64,000 nt of DNA, taken from Candidatus Latescibacterota bacterium (lineage in GTDB: Bacteria; Latescibacterota; UBA2968; UBA8231). How positions within the stretch are numbered: the stretch's first letter is position 1; the number at the start of each line of letters is the position of its first letter. Below are positions 1 to 8,838 of the stretch, one piece after another. The stretch covers positions 4,384,001 to 4,448,000 of the forward strand of contig CBDETK010000013.1 of NCBI GenBank assembly GCA_965242865.1. Direction: 5' to 3'. Under the pieces are notes generated by a model. It saw only the letters and a program-made list of their open reading frames with translations. It did not search any database and had not been told where the DNA came from. The position numbers and the translations under genes were made by a program.

Positions 1-2
1 CC

Positions 3-2009
3 CACCAATCGAATACCCTCACCGACGGCTTCGGCGGCAATCCCCTCGCCGGGGAACTGACCGTGGATCAAAAGAACGAAGCCATCGCTTGGATTGAAAT
101 TTTGCTCAGCGACGACTCGCCAGCCGATGGCGAGGGGGGCGCGGCGTTTTTCCGCGCCGGCTCGGACATCATCATCACCTATTTGGACGGCAGCGTGGAC
201 CGCGGCAGGGAAATTGGGTTTGAGCCGGTCGTCGAAGGCGGGTTCCCGCAGGAGGGATTTATCGCGGCCGACGGCAACGAGCAAATCCGCCTGCGCTACG
301 ATTTCAACAGCGCGGATTTTTTGTTGGTCGCGTCGCAGGACAAATCCCAGATTCGCAACGTCCAGTTCGACTTGGTACTGGGCAACGACTACAAGGTGCA
401 GGCCACGTCCAACCGCCAAACCGGCCGCAGCAACGACCCCATCTTCCTGCTGGTCACCCGCGCCCCAGGCAACGTCAAGGACAACACCAATCTGCGGGTC
501 GTCTCGTTTGAGTACGGCCTGCCCACGGCCACGCAAATATTTGGCTTCACGCTCGCGTTGGAAGACGTCAAGGGCTTTCACCTGTACGGCGAGTGGGACA
601 ACAGCCGCACGTATCGCAAGTATCCCTATCCGAGCGCGGACCAAGGCAACACCGACCACAGCACCTCCTCGGGCACATCCGCCAAGCCCTCGGCCGACGC
701 CTTCATGCTCAACCTGTGGAAGCGCGCCGCGCCGTATTTCTTTTTTGCCGAGGCATTCCAGATGGACCCAGATTACGCCACCTCAACGTACATCAGCGAG
801 CAGGACGGCTTCATCGACTACAATTCCGGCTATTTTGCCGACCACAACCCGGGCAGCAACGAGCGGTTCTTGGTGGAATTCGTCGAGGACAACGACGACC
901 AAGACCGCACCCCGGATTGGGGCCGCAACGACGCCCTGTCGGTCGATCGCGCAGTCTTTCCGGGGTGGGACGAAAACAACGATTTCATTCCCGACTTCAA
1001 CCAAAACGACAACGGCCGCGTCATCAATCTGATCCCAGACTACGAGGAGCCTTTTCTCCGCCAACACGTCGATCGGCCCGAATTTCTCTACGGCATTGAC
1101 GCCAACAACAACGGCTGGGTCGATCGCTTTGAAAACGACAACGAGCCAGACTTTCCCTACAAGCGCGACCGCCGCGGCTTCAACGTGTACGCCGGCGTCC
1201 ACATCACCCCGGAAATCCGCGCCACCATCGGGCATTTGCGCGAGGAGCGGATTACCTCGGACCAGCGCAACCGCGCCACCTACGGCGTGCTGACCGTCGA
1301 TTTAGACCATCCGAATTGGGGGCGGCTCAAGGTCATGGAAGTGCTCAAAAGCGTGGCGGACGACATTCCCGACGACCTCATCCAGTGGGACAACCGCAAC
1401 ACCCTGCGCGACTCCCGCAACGTGGAGGTGCTGGACCCGCTGTTGGCCCGCGACGCGCTCAACAATTCGCTGTACATCGGCCATACGTACGCGCCGCTAG
1501 CGGATTTGACGATCAAAAATTCGCTCAAATACGACCTGTGGCACCAGCGTCTCGGCCCAGCCGCACGCACCCAGTTCGGCTTGGACGACGCGGAGTTTTT
1601 CTTGGGCGTCATCAACAAGGCCGACTACCTCGTGGAGCTGGCGCGGCTGCGGGTGCTGCCGAGGTGGAAAAGCGAATACCGCCGCCAGACCTACGACCTG
1701 TTTACCCAAGCCAAGCGCACCGAGCTGACCGAGATTCTGGGCGTGGTCGTAGAGCTGCCCCTGATGCGGCGCACCACCCTCGCGACCGGCGTCGAGTACG
1801 TGCTGTTTCGGGATTTGGAAGCCGACATCAACAACTTCCAATCCTTCATCACAGCGGGCCAAGTGACCAATGTGGCCGAATACCAAGGCTACGTGCTGAC
1901 CACGCAGGTCGGCCTGAAGTTCGACGCCCGCGACTTTGAAGACCCAGACATTAAAACCCGCACTGTGACCGAGGGCTTTATCACGGTGTACGCGGGCTTG
2001 GGTATATAG
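3..2009 (+). CDS. Large exported/outer-membrane hypothetical protein, 5'-truncated by the window edge; Asp-rich Ca-binding-like motifs and a beta-strand-rich C-terminus
   Basis: The frame is open from nt 3, before the listed GTG at 63. It has DxD/DxN motifs (DNDDQDRTPD, DENNDFIPD, DANNNGWVD) and an amphipathic C-terminus ending ...FITVYAGLGI. Confidence 0.7.
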   Translation, partial: HQSNTLTDGFGGNPLAGELTVDQKNEAIAWIEILLSDDSPADGEGGAAFFRAGSDIIITYLDGSVDRGREIGFEPVVEGGFPQEGFIAADGNEQIRLRYDFNSADFLLVASQDKSQIRNVQFDLVLGNDYKVQATSNRQTGRSNDPIFLLVTRAPGNVKDNTNLRVVSFEYGLPTATQIFGFTLALEDVKGFHLYGEWDNSRTYRKYPYPSADQGNTDHSTSSGTSAKPSADAFMLNLWKRAAPYFFFAEAFQMDPDYATSTYISEQDGFIDYNSGYFADHNPGSNERFLVEFVEDNDDQDRTPDWGRNDALSVDRAVFPGWDENNDFIPDFNQNDNGRVINLIPDYEEPFLRQHVDRPEFLYGIDANNNGWVDRFENDNEPDFPYKRDRRGFNVYAGVHITPEIRATIGHLREERITSDQRNRATYGVLTVDLDHPNWGRLKVMEVLKSVADDIPDDLIQWDNRNTLRDSRNVEVLDPLLARDALNNSLYIGHTYAPLADLTIKNSLKYDLWHQRLGPAARTQFGLDDAEFFLGVINKADYLVELARLRVLPRWKSEYRRQTYDLFTQAKRTELTEILGVVVELPLMRRTTLATGVEYVLFRDLEADINNFQSFITAGQVTNVAEYQGYVLTTQVGLKFDARDFEDPDIKTRTVTEGFITVYAGLGI

Positions 2010-2013
2010 CGCG

Positions 2014-4215
2014 GTGGCAAAACTCGCGCTCGTCTGGGGCGCGGCCTTTGCGTTGCGGCTGTTGTACCTCTTCCAGAGCCAGCGCAGCCCGTTCTACGAT
2101 TTTCCCCTCGTTGACGCCAAAACGTACGCCCAAGCGGCCGCGGCCATGGCCCTCGGCCACTTCGGGGATCAGCCCTTTTGGCAACCCCCGCTCTATCCGC
2201 ATTTCCTCGGCGCGCTCTACGCGCTTTTTGAGCCTAATTTTACCCTGCCGCGGTTGGTCCAAGCTGCACTGGGGGCCACGCTGTGCCTGCTGATTTTTCG
2301 CTTGGGGCGGGTCTTTTCGCCGACCGTGGGCTATTGGGCGGCTGGGCTGGCCGCGTGTTACGGGCCTTTCATTTTCTTTGAGGCCGAGTTGCTGCCGCCG
2401 GCCCTCGCGCTACCGTTAAACCTGCTCGCGCTGGGGGCGTTGTTGTGGGCGGTCGAGGGGCGGGCGCGGCGGTTGCTGTTGCCCGGGTTCCTCTTCGGCC
2501 TTGCCGCGCTGTGCGTGGCCAATGTGCTGGCGTTTGTGCCGGTGGCGGTGCTGTGGTTGGTATGGGTGCGGCGCGGCTCGTTGGCGGGGGCGGCCCTGCT
2601 GTTGTTGGGCACCGCCTTGGCCATCGCGCCGGTCACTTTGCGCAACTACGCTGTGGGCGGCGATTGGGTGCTCATCTCGTCCAACGCGGGGCTCAATTTT
2701 TACATTGGCAACAACGCCCAGTACGACGAGACCGTGGCGATTCAGCCCGGACCGGCGTGGGCAGAACTCACCGCGCGGCCGCGCTTGGAGGCCGGCGCGA
2801 CCCAGCCTTCGGCCCAATCCCGTTTTTTCTGGGCCGAGGCTTGGGACTTCATGCGCGAGCAGCCGGTGGCGTACCTCAAGCTGCTGCTGCACAAGTTGTA
2901 TCTGTTTTGGCATGGCGACGAGATTGGCCGCAATCAAGACCTCTACTTTGCCCGCCAGTACTCGCCGTTGTTGCAAGTCTTGCTTTGGAAGTGCGGCGTG
3001 GCATTCCCCTTTGGGCTGCTGGCGCCGCTCGCGCTGGTGGGGCTGGGCCTGAGCTATCGGAACGGCTTGTTGCGCCGCCCCGAACCCCTGTTGCTGGCGT
3101 TGTTCGCCGGCGCGTACATGCTCACGGTGGTGGCTTTTTTCGTTAGCGCCCGCTATCGCCTGCCCGTGGTGCCCATCCTACTGATATTTGCCGCATACAG
3201 CGGCCGGGAGCTCTACCGGCTGTGGCGGCGGAGGGCGTACCGAGACCTGCTCGTCGCTGGCGGGGCCGCGTTCGCGTTGGCCCTCGCCAGCAATTTCCGG
3301 GTGGGAGCGATGAATGTGGAAGGCGACGCCCACACGCACTATCGCTTGGGCTATGTGCAGGAGAAAAAGGGGTTGCCGATCAATGCCACCGCCGCTTATG
3401 AGAAAGCACTGACGCTCGACTCAGACCTCAAGTGGGCGCGGTTCAACCTCGCTTCTTTGTACGCCCGGAGCGGCGAGTACAACCGGGCCATGGCGGCATA
3501 CAGGGAGTTCATCCGGCGCTTTCCCGCAGAGGCACGGGCGCGGCTGGCGCTGGGCAATGTCTATTTGCGGACCGGCCGCTACGCCGAAGCAATCGCGATG
3601 TACGAGGGCTTGCTGAATGCCGAGGACGCAGACACCGCCGACCTCTACGGGCGGCTCGGCTATGCTCGCGCTCAGTTGGGGCAGTGGCAGCAAGCCGCGG
3701 TCGCCTATAGCGCGCTCGTGGCGGCCAAGCCGGATTCGCTGCAAGCGCGCTTTCAGTTGGGCGAGCTGTACGAGCGGCTGGACCGCTTGGACGTAGCCCG
3801 CGCCGAATACCAGCAGATTCTAGCGGCCGATTCCCTGCACACGGCGGCGCGCTACCGCTTGGCGCGCTTGCTCTTCTTCGCCGACCGAGCCGAGGAGGCC
3901 AAAGCCCACTTGCAGCAAGCGATTGCGGGTGACCCAGCCGCGGTTGATGCCCGCTTGCTCTTGGCCACCCAGTACATCGTCGAGCACCGTGCGGCCGCCG
4001 CCATGGAACAGGTGCAGGCCATTTTGGCGATTCAGCCCGAGCACTATCAGGGCAACCGCTTGGCCGGTCATTTGTACATGGTTTTGGGGGACACGCTCAA
4101 AGGCGTGCAGCACTTAGAGCAGTTTACCGAGCAGTATCGAGAAGGGCGCTCGGCCGAGATTTTTGAGCAGCTTAAAAAGCAGTGGGAGCAGCAGTTGCAG
4201 GGAGGGGGTCACTAG
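2014..4215 (+). CDS. GT-C (ArnT/PMT-like, GT39/83) membrane glycosyltransferase fused to C-terminal TPR repeats
   Basis: Multi-TM N-terminal half with D-A-x-x-Y, P(L)YP and GLNFYIGNN motifs and RYRLP, followed by a TPR array. Confidence 0.8.
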   Translation: MAKLALVWGAAFALRLLYLFQSQRSPFYDFPLVDAKTYAQAAAAMALGHFGDQPFWQPPLYPHFLGALYALFEPNFTLPRLVQAALGATLCLLIFRLGRVFSPTVGYWAAGLAACYGPFIFFEAELLPPALALPLNLLALGALLWAVEGRARRLLLPGFLFGLAALCVANVLAFVPVAVLWLVWVRRGSLAGAALLLLGTALAIAPVTLRNYAVGGDWVLISSNAGLNFYIGNNAQYDETVAIQPGPAWAELTARPRLEAGATQPSAQSRFFWAEAWDFMREQPVAYLKLLLHKLYLFWHGDEIGRNQDLYFARQYSPLLQVLLWKCGVAFPFGLLAPLALVGLGLSYRNGLLRRPEPLLLALFAGAYMLTVVAFFVSARYRLPVVPILLIFAAYSGRELYRLWRRRAYRDLLVAGGAAFALALASNFRVGAMNVEGDAHTHYRLGYVQEKKGLPINATAAYEKALTLDSDLKWARFNLASLYARSGEYNRAMAAYREFIRRFPAEARARLALGNVYLRTGRYAEAIAMYEGLLNAEDADTADLYGRLGYARAQLGQWQQAAVAYSALVAAKPDSLQARFQLGELYERLDRLDVARAEYQQILAADSLHTAARYRLARLLFFADRAEEAKAHLQQAIAGDPAAVDARLLLATQYIVEHRAAAAMEQVQAILAIQPEHYQGNRLAGHLYMVLGDTLKGVQHLEQFTEQYREGRSAEIFEQLKKQWEQQLQGGGH

Positions 4216-4541
4216 CGTTTGTCGCGCCCGAGCTTGTAGAGCGCGACACTCCGTCCCGCTCGCTTCGCTTTGAGCCAGCGTTTGAACGAAGCCTCGCTCT
4301 CCCCGGATCGACGCCCCGCCAGCAGCCCTTCCACGCTAATGTCCTCGTCCAAATTTTCCCAGTGAATGTGGCGATTCGCAGCACACAGTTCCCAATTGTT
4401 GCGTTCGGCTGGCGTCGCGTGGACGAGCCGCGGATACCACGTTAGCGGAACGGAGATGATGCGACCGTCCGCGAGTTCGACCGTAAGCGTAGCTTCAGTG
4501 ACCGCGATGCTCTTTGCACCGGGCACTTCTAATTCCCTCAA
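4212..4541 (-). CDS. DUF2442-family protein (TA-associated), orphan, possibly N-truncated
   Basis: LADGRIISVPLTWYPRL...IHWENLDEDISVEGLL is the DUF2442 signature. The likely TTG start overlaps the stop of the upstream gene. No DUF4160 partner is present. Confidence 0.75.
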   Translation of the reverse strand: MRELEVPGAKSIAVTEATLTVELADGRIISVPLTWYPRLVHATPAERNNWELCAANRHIHWENLDEDISVEGLLAGRRSGESEASFKRWLKAKRAGRSVALYKLGRDKR

Positions 4542-7195
4542 TACGCCACGGCCACTGAGCGCATCCGGTGGGTCTGACGCGCATCGCCATTGACCGAGAG
4601 CGATACCAAGTACAGCCCCGGCGGCACCCGGTTGCCGTTGGCGTCGCGCCCATCCCAAGACAGGTGGTCGTAGTGCCCGCTCAGTTCGGCGCCTGCGTAG
4701 AGCGGCTTTACGAGGCGGCCAGACAGGTCGAAGACGCGCACTTGTACGGCGGTGGGGCGGGTCACAGCGAGGATGTCGTAGCCAATGGTCGCGGCGTCGT
4801 TGATGCCGTCGCCATTGGGGGTAAACGCGCTCGGCTCAATGGCAAAAGCGCCGAACAGGTCGCCTTGGTTGATGTCTGGGCTTAACACGGTGATGCCCGA
4901 ATCCGTGGGCAGGTCGGCTTCCCCTAAGAAGTCGGCGTTGCCTGCGGAGATGCGCTGGATGCTCCCGGCCTGCGACGAGAGCACGGCCTGCCCGCGGAAC
5001 AAGGTGCTATACAGCAACACGCGCCCGCGGAACTTGATTTTTAGCAGCATCTCGCCGCCATCGGCCGGGCGAGTGATTTGGGGGAAGCGCACGATCGCAT
5101 TGCGCTCGGTCACCGCTTGGATGACAAACGAGCCGCCGTCGGCCGATTCTACGGTATAGGGCAAGGCGTGTTGGACGCCGTCGGGCGTCTGCACGGCCGC
5201 TTGCCCATTGGCCGCGGTCACGATGTCGGCGTTCAGGGCCTGCTCGGCCACGAGCCGGTCGGGCAGCTCCCAGATCTCGATTTTGTCAATGCCCAGCACT
5301 TGGTTCGCGGTTAGCAGCTCAAAGGTGTCGAACCCCTTGACCCCGGCGAACTCCATTTTGGCGCGCACCGCATACGTGAAATCCACCGGCTCAAAGACTT
5401 CCACCTCCCGCGGGAAGATCTCGGCGACGAGCTCCTCGGCAATCGGCGGCAGCAGGTATTCAATGGACAGCTGTTCCAACGCCTTGGTCGCGTTGATTTC
5501 GCGGTTGAGAAAATCGACGGAAAACTGGATGTAGCGGCGCGGCCCGGGCGACAAAACCGGCGTACCGCCCTCCCATTCGCCGCCTTGGTGGGGCGACGAC
5601 CAAGGGCTCCAATTTTGCAGGTCCTCTTCGATTTCTCCCTTGCCCCACACCTGCGGGGGCACGGCTTCGAGGTCGGGCGCGAGGTCGAGATATTCGTCGC
5701 GTGCGAGCTGGTCGCTCGGGCGGTCTAGGGAGGAGGCAAGTTGGTCGTCTGACACGCGCTGGACATTGCCGCGCTTGTACAGCACCGGGGTCGGATCCGT
5801 GCCCGTGCGGGTGCGGACGATGATCTCGGCGAGGCCGCTGGTGCGCCCGAGCGGTCTGGCCGTTGGCTCCGCGCTTTGCTGGCGGCCCGGCCGCACGACC
5901 GCGCCGCAGTGGGTCTGGAAGCACTCATGCACGTTGGTGTAGCCTTCGGCGGTAAACCGCGCCGTGGGGGCGCAGTCGCCGTAGTCGCTGGGGATGGCGT
6001 CCGGGGCGGTGAACACAGCGGATTCGACTCGGCAGGTACTGGGCGCGGGGTCGGTTGGATTGCTGCGGGAGCGCAAATCCACGGTTCTTTCGCGCCAACT
6101 GATGTTTCCCCAAGTGGCCGGTGCGCCCAAGTCGTACACGTGGGAGATGTAGCGGCTCGTGCCGATAAAGCCCTCGCCAAAGACTTCAAATTCGTCGAGC
6201 TCGTAGGGAAAGGAGGACGTGGATTTGAGGCGCACAAAGCGCGCGGTCTGGGCCGGGTCAATCGCCAGTTCCACGACCGCCTCTTCGTTGCTAGCGGTCT
6301 TGAGCAGCATTGCAAAGTCGTCGAGCTGGGGCACGAGGCGGCCGGTGCCGTCTAGGACGAGGTTTTGCCCGTCGTGGGAGAGCAACTCAAACTGGCGAAT
6401 GAAATCCGTCTGAAAGGGGTATTGGGGAGCACTTTGCACGGTGTTGCGCGGATAGAAGCGGATGCGGTTGATGCCAATGGGGCTGCCGAGGTCGAGGACG
6501 ATAAAGGTGCCCAAGGCCCCAAAGGTGCCCTTGCGGGCGAACGCATCTTCGGCCCCGCCCGGCTCAATGAGCTCCAGCAGGGTCGCTTCGAGCAACGATG
6601 CGGGGATATCCTTGATGGCCGGTGCCGTAATGCCGCCGCCCCACCCGAGGGCGCGCCGGGCCACGTTCTCGCCGCGGACGACGTGGTCTGGGCTCAACAA
6701 GACCGGCAGGATGAGCGGGTCAACGCCGGCCGAGCGCACCGGCTCTAGGGCGGCCGCGATTTGTGCCACGGCCTCGTCGAGGGAAATGTCCGCGGCAAAA
6801 TCAATGCGAATCAGGGAGAGTCCCTCGCGCTGGGAAGGCGCCATCGCCGTGGCCCCGGGCAGGGACGCGAGCGCGGCGAGCAGTTTCTCTTCGGCTAAGG
6901 CCACTTCGCCAGCGAGCAATTCGGGCGGGGCTTGGATCAGGGTCTTGACCAGCACTTGGGGGCTTACCACCGCTAGATTCGACAAATCGATGATGTTGCC
7001 CGGTACATTGCCGACTTCGGTGAAGAACCGGCTGACCTTGTATTCGGCGGGGAGCGGCTGCACGGCTGCGCCAAAGGTCTGCCCGGCCCAAGAGACGTTG
7101 CCGTTGTTGCCCACCCGCAGGGTATCGAGCGCTCGCAGGTCGGTGCCGAGCACCAGCACACCCCAGAGCATGCCCAACGCGAGCCGATAAGCCAT
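4538..7195 (-). CDS. Secreted FlgD-Ig/CHU-type CTD protein, subtype A (copy 1), with two insertions
   Basis: Signal-like N-terminus from MAYRLALG (7195). Family motifs RIRFYPR, EFEVFGEGF, RTRTG, NWSPWS, SPGPRRY; CTD AFTPNGDGIND...DLSGR...WDGRD...VPPGLY...VAY. Confidence 0.8.
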   Translation of the reverse strand: MAYRLALGMLWGVLVLGTDLRALDTLRVGNNGNVSWAGQTFGAAVQPLPAEYKVSRFFTEVGNVPGNIIDLSNLAVVSPQVLVKTLIQAPPELLAGEVALAEEKLLAALASLPGATAMAPSQREGLSLIRIDFAADISLDEAVAQIAAALEPVRSAGVDPLILPVLLSPDHVVRGENVARRALGWGGGITAPAIKDIPASLLEATLLELIEPGGAEDAFARKGTFGALGTFIVLDLGSPIGINRIRFYPRNTVQSAPQYPFQTDFIRQFELLSHDGQNLVLDGTGRLVPQLDDFAMLLKTASNEEAVVELAIDPAQTARFVRLKSTSSFPYELDEFEVFGEGFIGTSRYISHVYDLGAPATWGNISWRERTVDLRSRSNPTDPAPSTCRVESAVFTAPDAIPSDYGDCAPTARFTAEGYTNVHECFQTHCGAVVRPGRQQSAEPTARPLGRTSGLAEIIVRTRTGTDPTPVLYKRGNVQRVSDDQLASSLDRPSDQLARDEYLDLAPDLEAVPPQVWGKGEIEEDLQNWSPWSSPHQGGEWEGGTPVLSPGPRRYIQFSVDFLNREINATKALEQLSIEYLLPPIAEELVAEIFPREVEVFEPVDFTYAVRAKMEFAGVKGFDTFELLTANQVLGIDKIEIWELPDRLVAEQALNADIVTAANGQAAVQTPDGVQHALPYTVESADGGSFVIQAVTERNAIVRFPQITRPADGGEMLLKIKFRGRVLLYSTLFRGQAVLSSQAGSIQRISAGNADFLGEADLPTDSGITVLSPDINQGDLFGAFAIEPSAFTPNGDGINDAATIGYDILAVTRPTAVQVRVFDLSGRLVKPLYAGAELSGHYDHLSWDGRDANGNRVPPGLYLVSLSVNGDARQTHRMRSVAVAY

Positions 7196-7571
7196 AAAAA
7201 CCTGCCTGTTGGAAATGGATGTGCTAATATAGAACCCAGCCCAAAGAGTGCATAGCGGGGTTTTTCGCAAAGCTATCTTGATAATACCCGAATCGGTGAA
7301 AATCGCCTTTCGCCCTCCTTTGACTGGCTGCGCGGCTCGTCGTGCTGGTTGAGCAGGTTGCCGGGCGGGGCCGGCCGAGATGCGTTTTTGACAAGCTCCC
7401 TCTTTGGCGTTCTCTTATACTCGTAGCCCTGAAGCGGAGCGTACTGTTCCGCCCGTCGAACGGACCGTGAAGATGAGAGTCGAAGATGCCGACGCGAACC
7501 GCTGATCCCAAGTGCTTGGACAAACCGACCGTCCCTCGGGGCCGGGCCGCCGAAATCGCAGAGGCCGTAGG

Positions 7572-8747
7572 ATGATTGGAAAGAGCGGTACGCTGCTGTT
7601 GGTCGTTGCCAGTTTGGCCGTTAGTGCCCTCGTCGTTGAAGGCTCTTTTTGGCTGTTCACTCGTTGGGCCGAGCCGGTCTATCCCGTGGTCCATTACAAG
7701 ACGGACGAGCGACATGTTAGTCTGGATTGCTACGACGACCACTTTGCGGGCACTCCCGACTTTGTATGTGGGGGGGTGGGGGAATTGACCTATGTAGGGA
7801 ATGCCAACATGGATCCCGCCCTCGCCGATCTATCGCCGCGGAATGCCAACATGGATCCCGCCCTCGCCGATCTATCGCCGCGCAAAGTGCCCAATGCCAT
7901 TGAGATACGCCTCAATGGAAGAGGCCTGCGCGAGCGGCCTATGGCTGCATTCGATGCACGGCGGGACAAAATCGTCGTGTTAGTCGGCGACTCCTTTTGC
8001 TTTGGTCAGGGGGTGCGGGTAGTGGACCGGTTTTCAAATGTCTTGGAAACCCGATTGAATCGGGAGCACCCAGCCGAGCGCTATCGCATCTTCAATACCT
8101 GTTATAAGGCCTGGGATGTCACGTGGAGTGCCAAAAGGATGTATGAATATGTCAAGTTCTTTGGTCGGGTCGATCTCGTCGTGTATTCGTTTGTCCTAAA
8201 CGATCCAATTCAGGATGGGCGTCTGCAGAAAAAGGAAAGAGAATTGTGGGGCCGACTGAAGTTGGAAGGTGAAGTTAACGATTTTATGCACTTGCGGACC
8301 AAGTCTGATGTACCGAGGCGACGGTCTGCCCGATTTTTGGCGGGATGGGATAGCTATACCCTGCGTTGGTTTGCCCTGCGTGTGCAGCGGCAGCAGACCG
8401 CCCGCGAGACCATTGAGTGGTATCGACAACTGTACACCAACAACTCCTATTGGCCCCAGACCCAAGAGTTGCTTCGCCAGATGAAGGATTACTGCGCAGC
8501 GAAGGGGATTGCATTCTCTTTGGTCGTTTGGCCTGTATTCCACCAACTCGACGCCTATCCCCTAACAGAGGTACACGAATTCATCGGGGCCGTGGCGCAG
8601 CAGGAGGGAATCCACTCCGTGGATCTGCTCCCGCTCTTCGCTGGCAAGGACGCCCAGCAGTACCGGGTTCACCCGACGGATTTTCATCCCAACAGTCGGG
8701 CGCATGCCGAAGTAGCGGCCTTTCTGTACGACGCTATTCCTTGGTAG
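7572..8747 (+). CDS. Membrane-anchored SGNH/GDSL hydrolase or O-acyltransferase-like protein (copy 1)
   Basis: N-terminal TM helix, block I GDSF, LND and block V DFHPN. Start placed at MIGKSG by comparison with copy 2. Confidence 0.8.
   Translation: MIGKSGTLLLVVASLAVSALVVEGSFWLFTRWAEPVYPVVHYKTDERHVSLDCYDDHFAGTPDFVCGGVGELTYVGNANMDPALADLSPRNANMDPALADLSPRKVPNAIEIRLNGRGLRERPMAAFDARRDKIVVLVGDSFCFGQGVRVVDRFSNVLETRLNREHPAERYRIFNTCYKAWDVTWSAKRMYEYVKFFGRVDLVVYSFVLNDPIQDGRLQKKERELWGRLKLEGEVNDFMHLRTKSDVPRRRSARFLAGWDSYTLRWFALRVQRQQTARETIEWYRQLYTNNSYWPQTQELLRQMKDYCAAKGIAFSLVVWPVFHQLDAYPLTEVHEFIGAVAQQEGIHSVDLLPLFAGKDAQQYRVHPTDFHPNSRAHAEVAAFLYDAIPW
7799..7882 (+). repeat. Exact 42-bp in-frame tandem duplication (NANMDPALADLSPR x2)
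   Basis: gaatgccaacatggatcccgccctcgccgatctatcgccgcg at 7799-7840 and 7841-7882; single copy in the paralogue. Confidence 0.95.
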
Positions 8748-8838
8748 TGAGGCGTCTAAAGGGGCAAGTTCGCGAAATGGGGTCTCACTTTTGAGAAAGG
8801 CCCCAGGTTGCCGCTCGGGTCAACGCCGTCGACCCGCT

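Larger units (their letters stand above)
7366..8748 (+). repeat. Tandem duplication unit 1 (leader plus SGNH gene)
   Basis: Aligns with 8839-10183 (offset 1473 in the leader); 7420-7478 is identical to 8893-8951. Confidence 0.9.

Noticed and set aside
7388-7421. Sigma70 promoter TTGACA...TATACT (and TTGACG...TATGCT at 8861-8894)
   Set aside because: The spacer is 22 bp in both copies, too long for a canonical promoter, so it is not listed as a feature.
7420-7478. Hammerhead ribozyme or known riboswitch in the duplicated leader
   Set aside because: It has CTGAAG and two hairpins but lacks the CUGAnGA/GAAA core and any riboswitch consensus I recognise.
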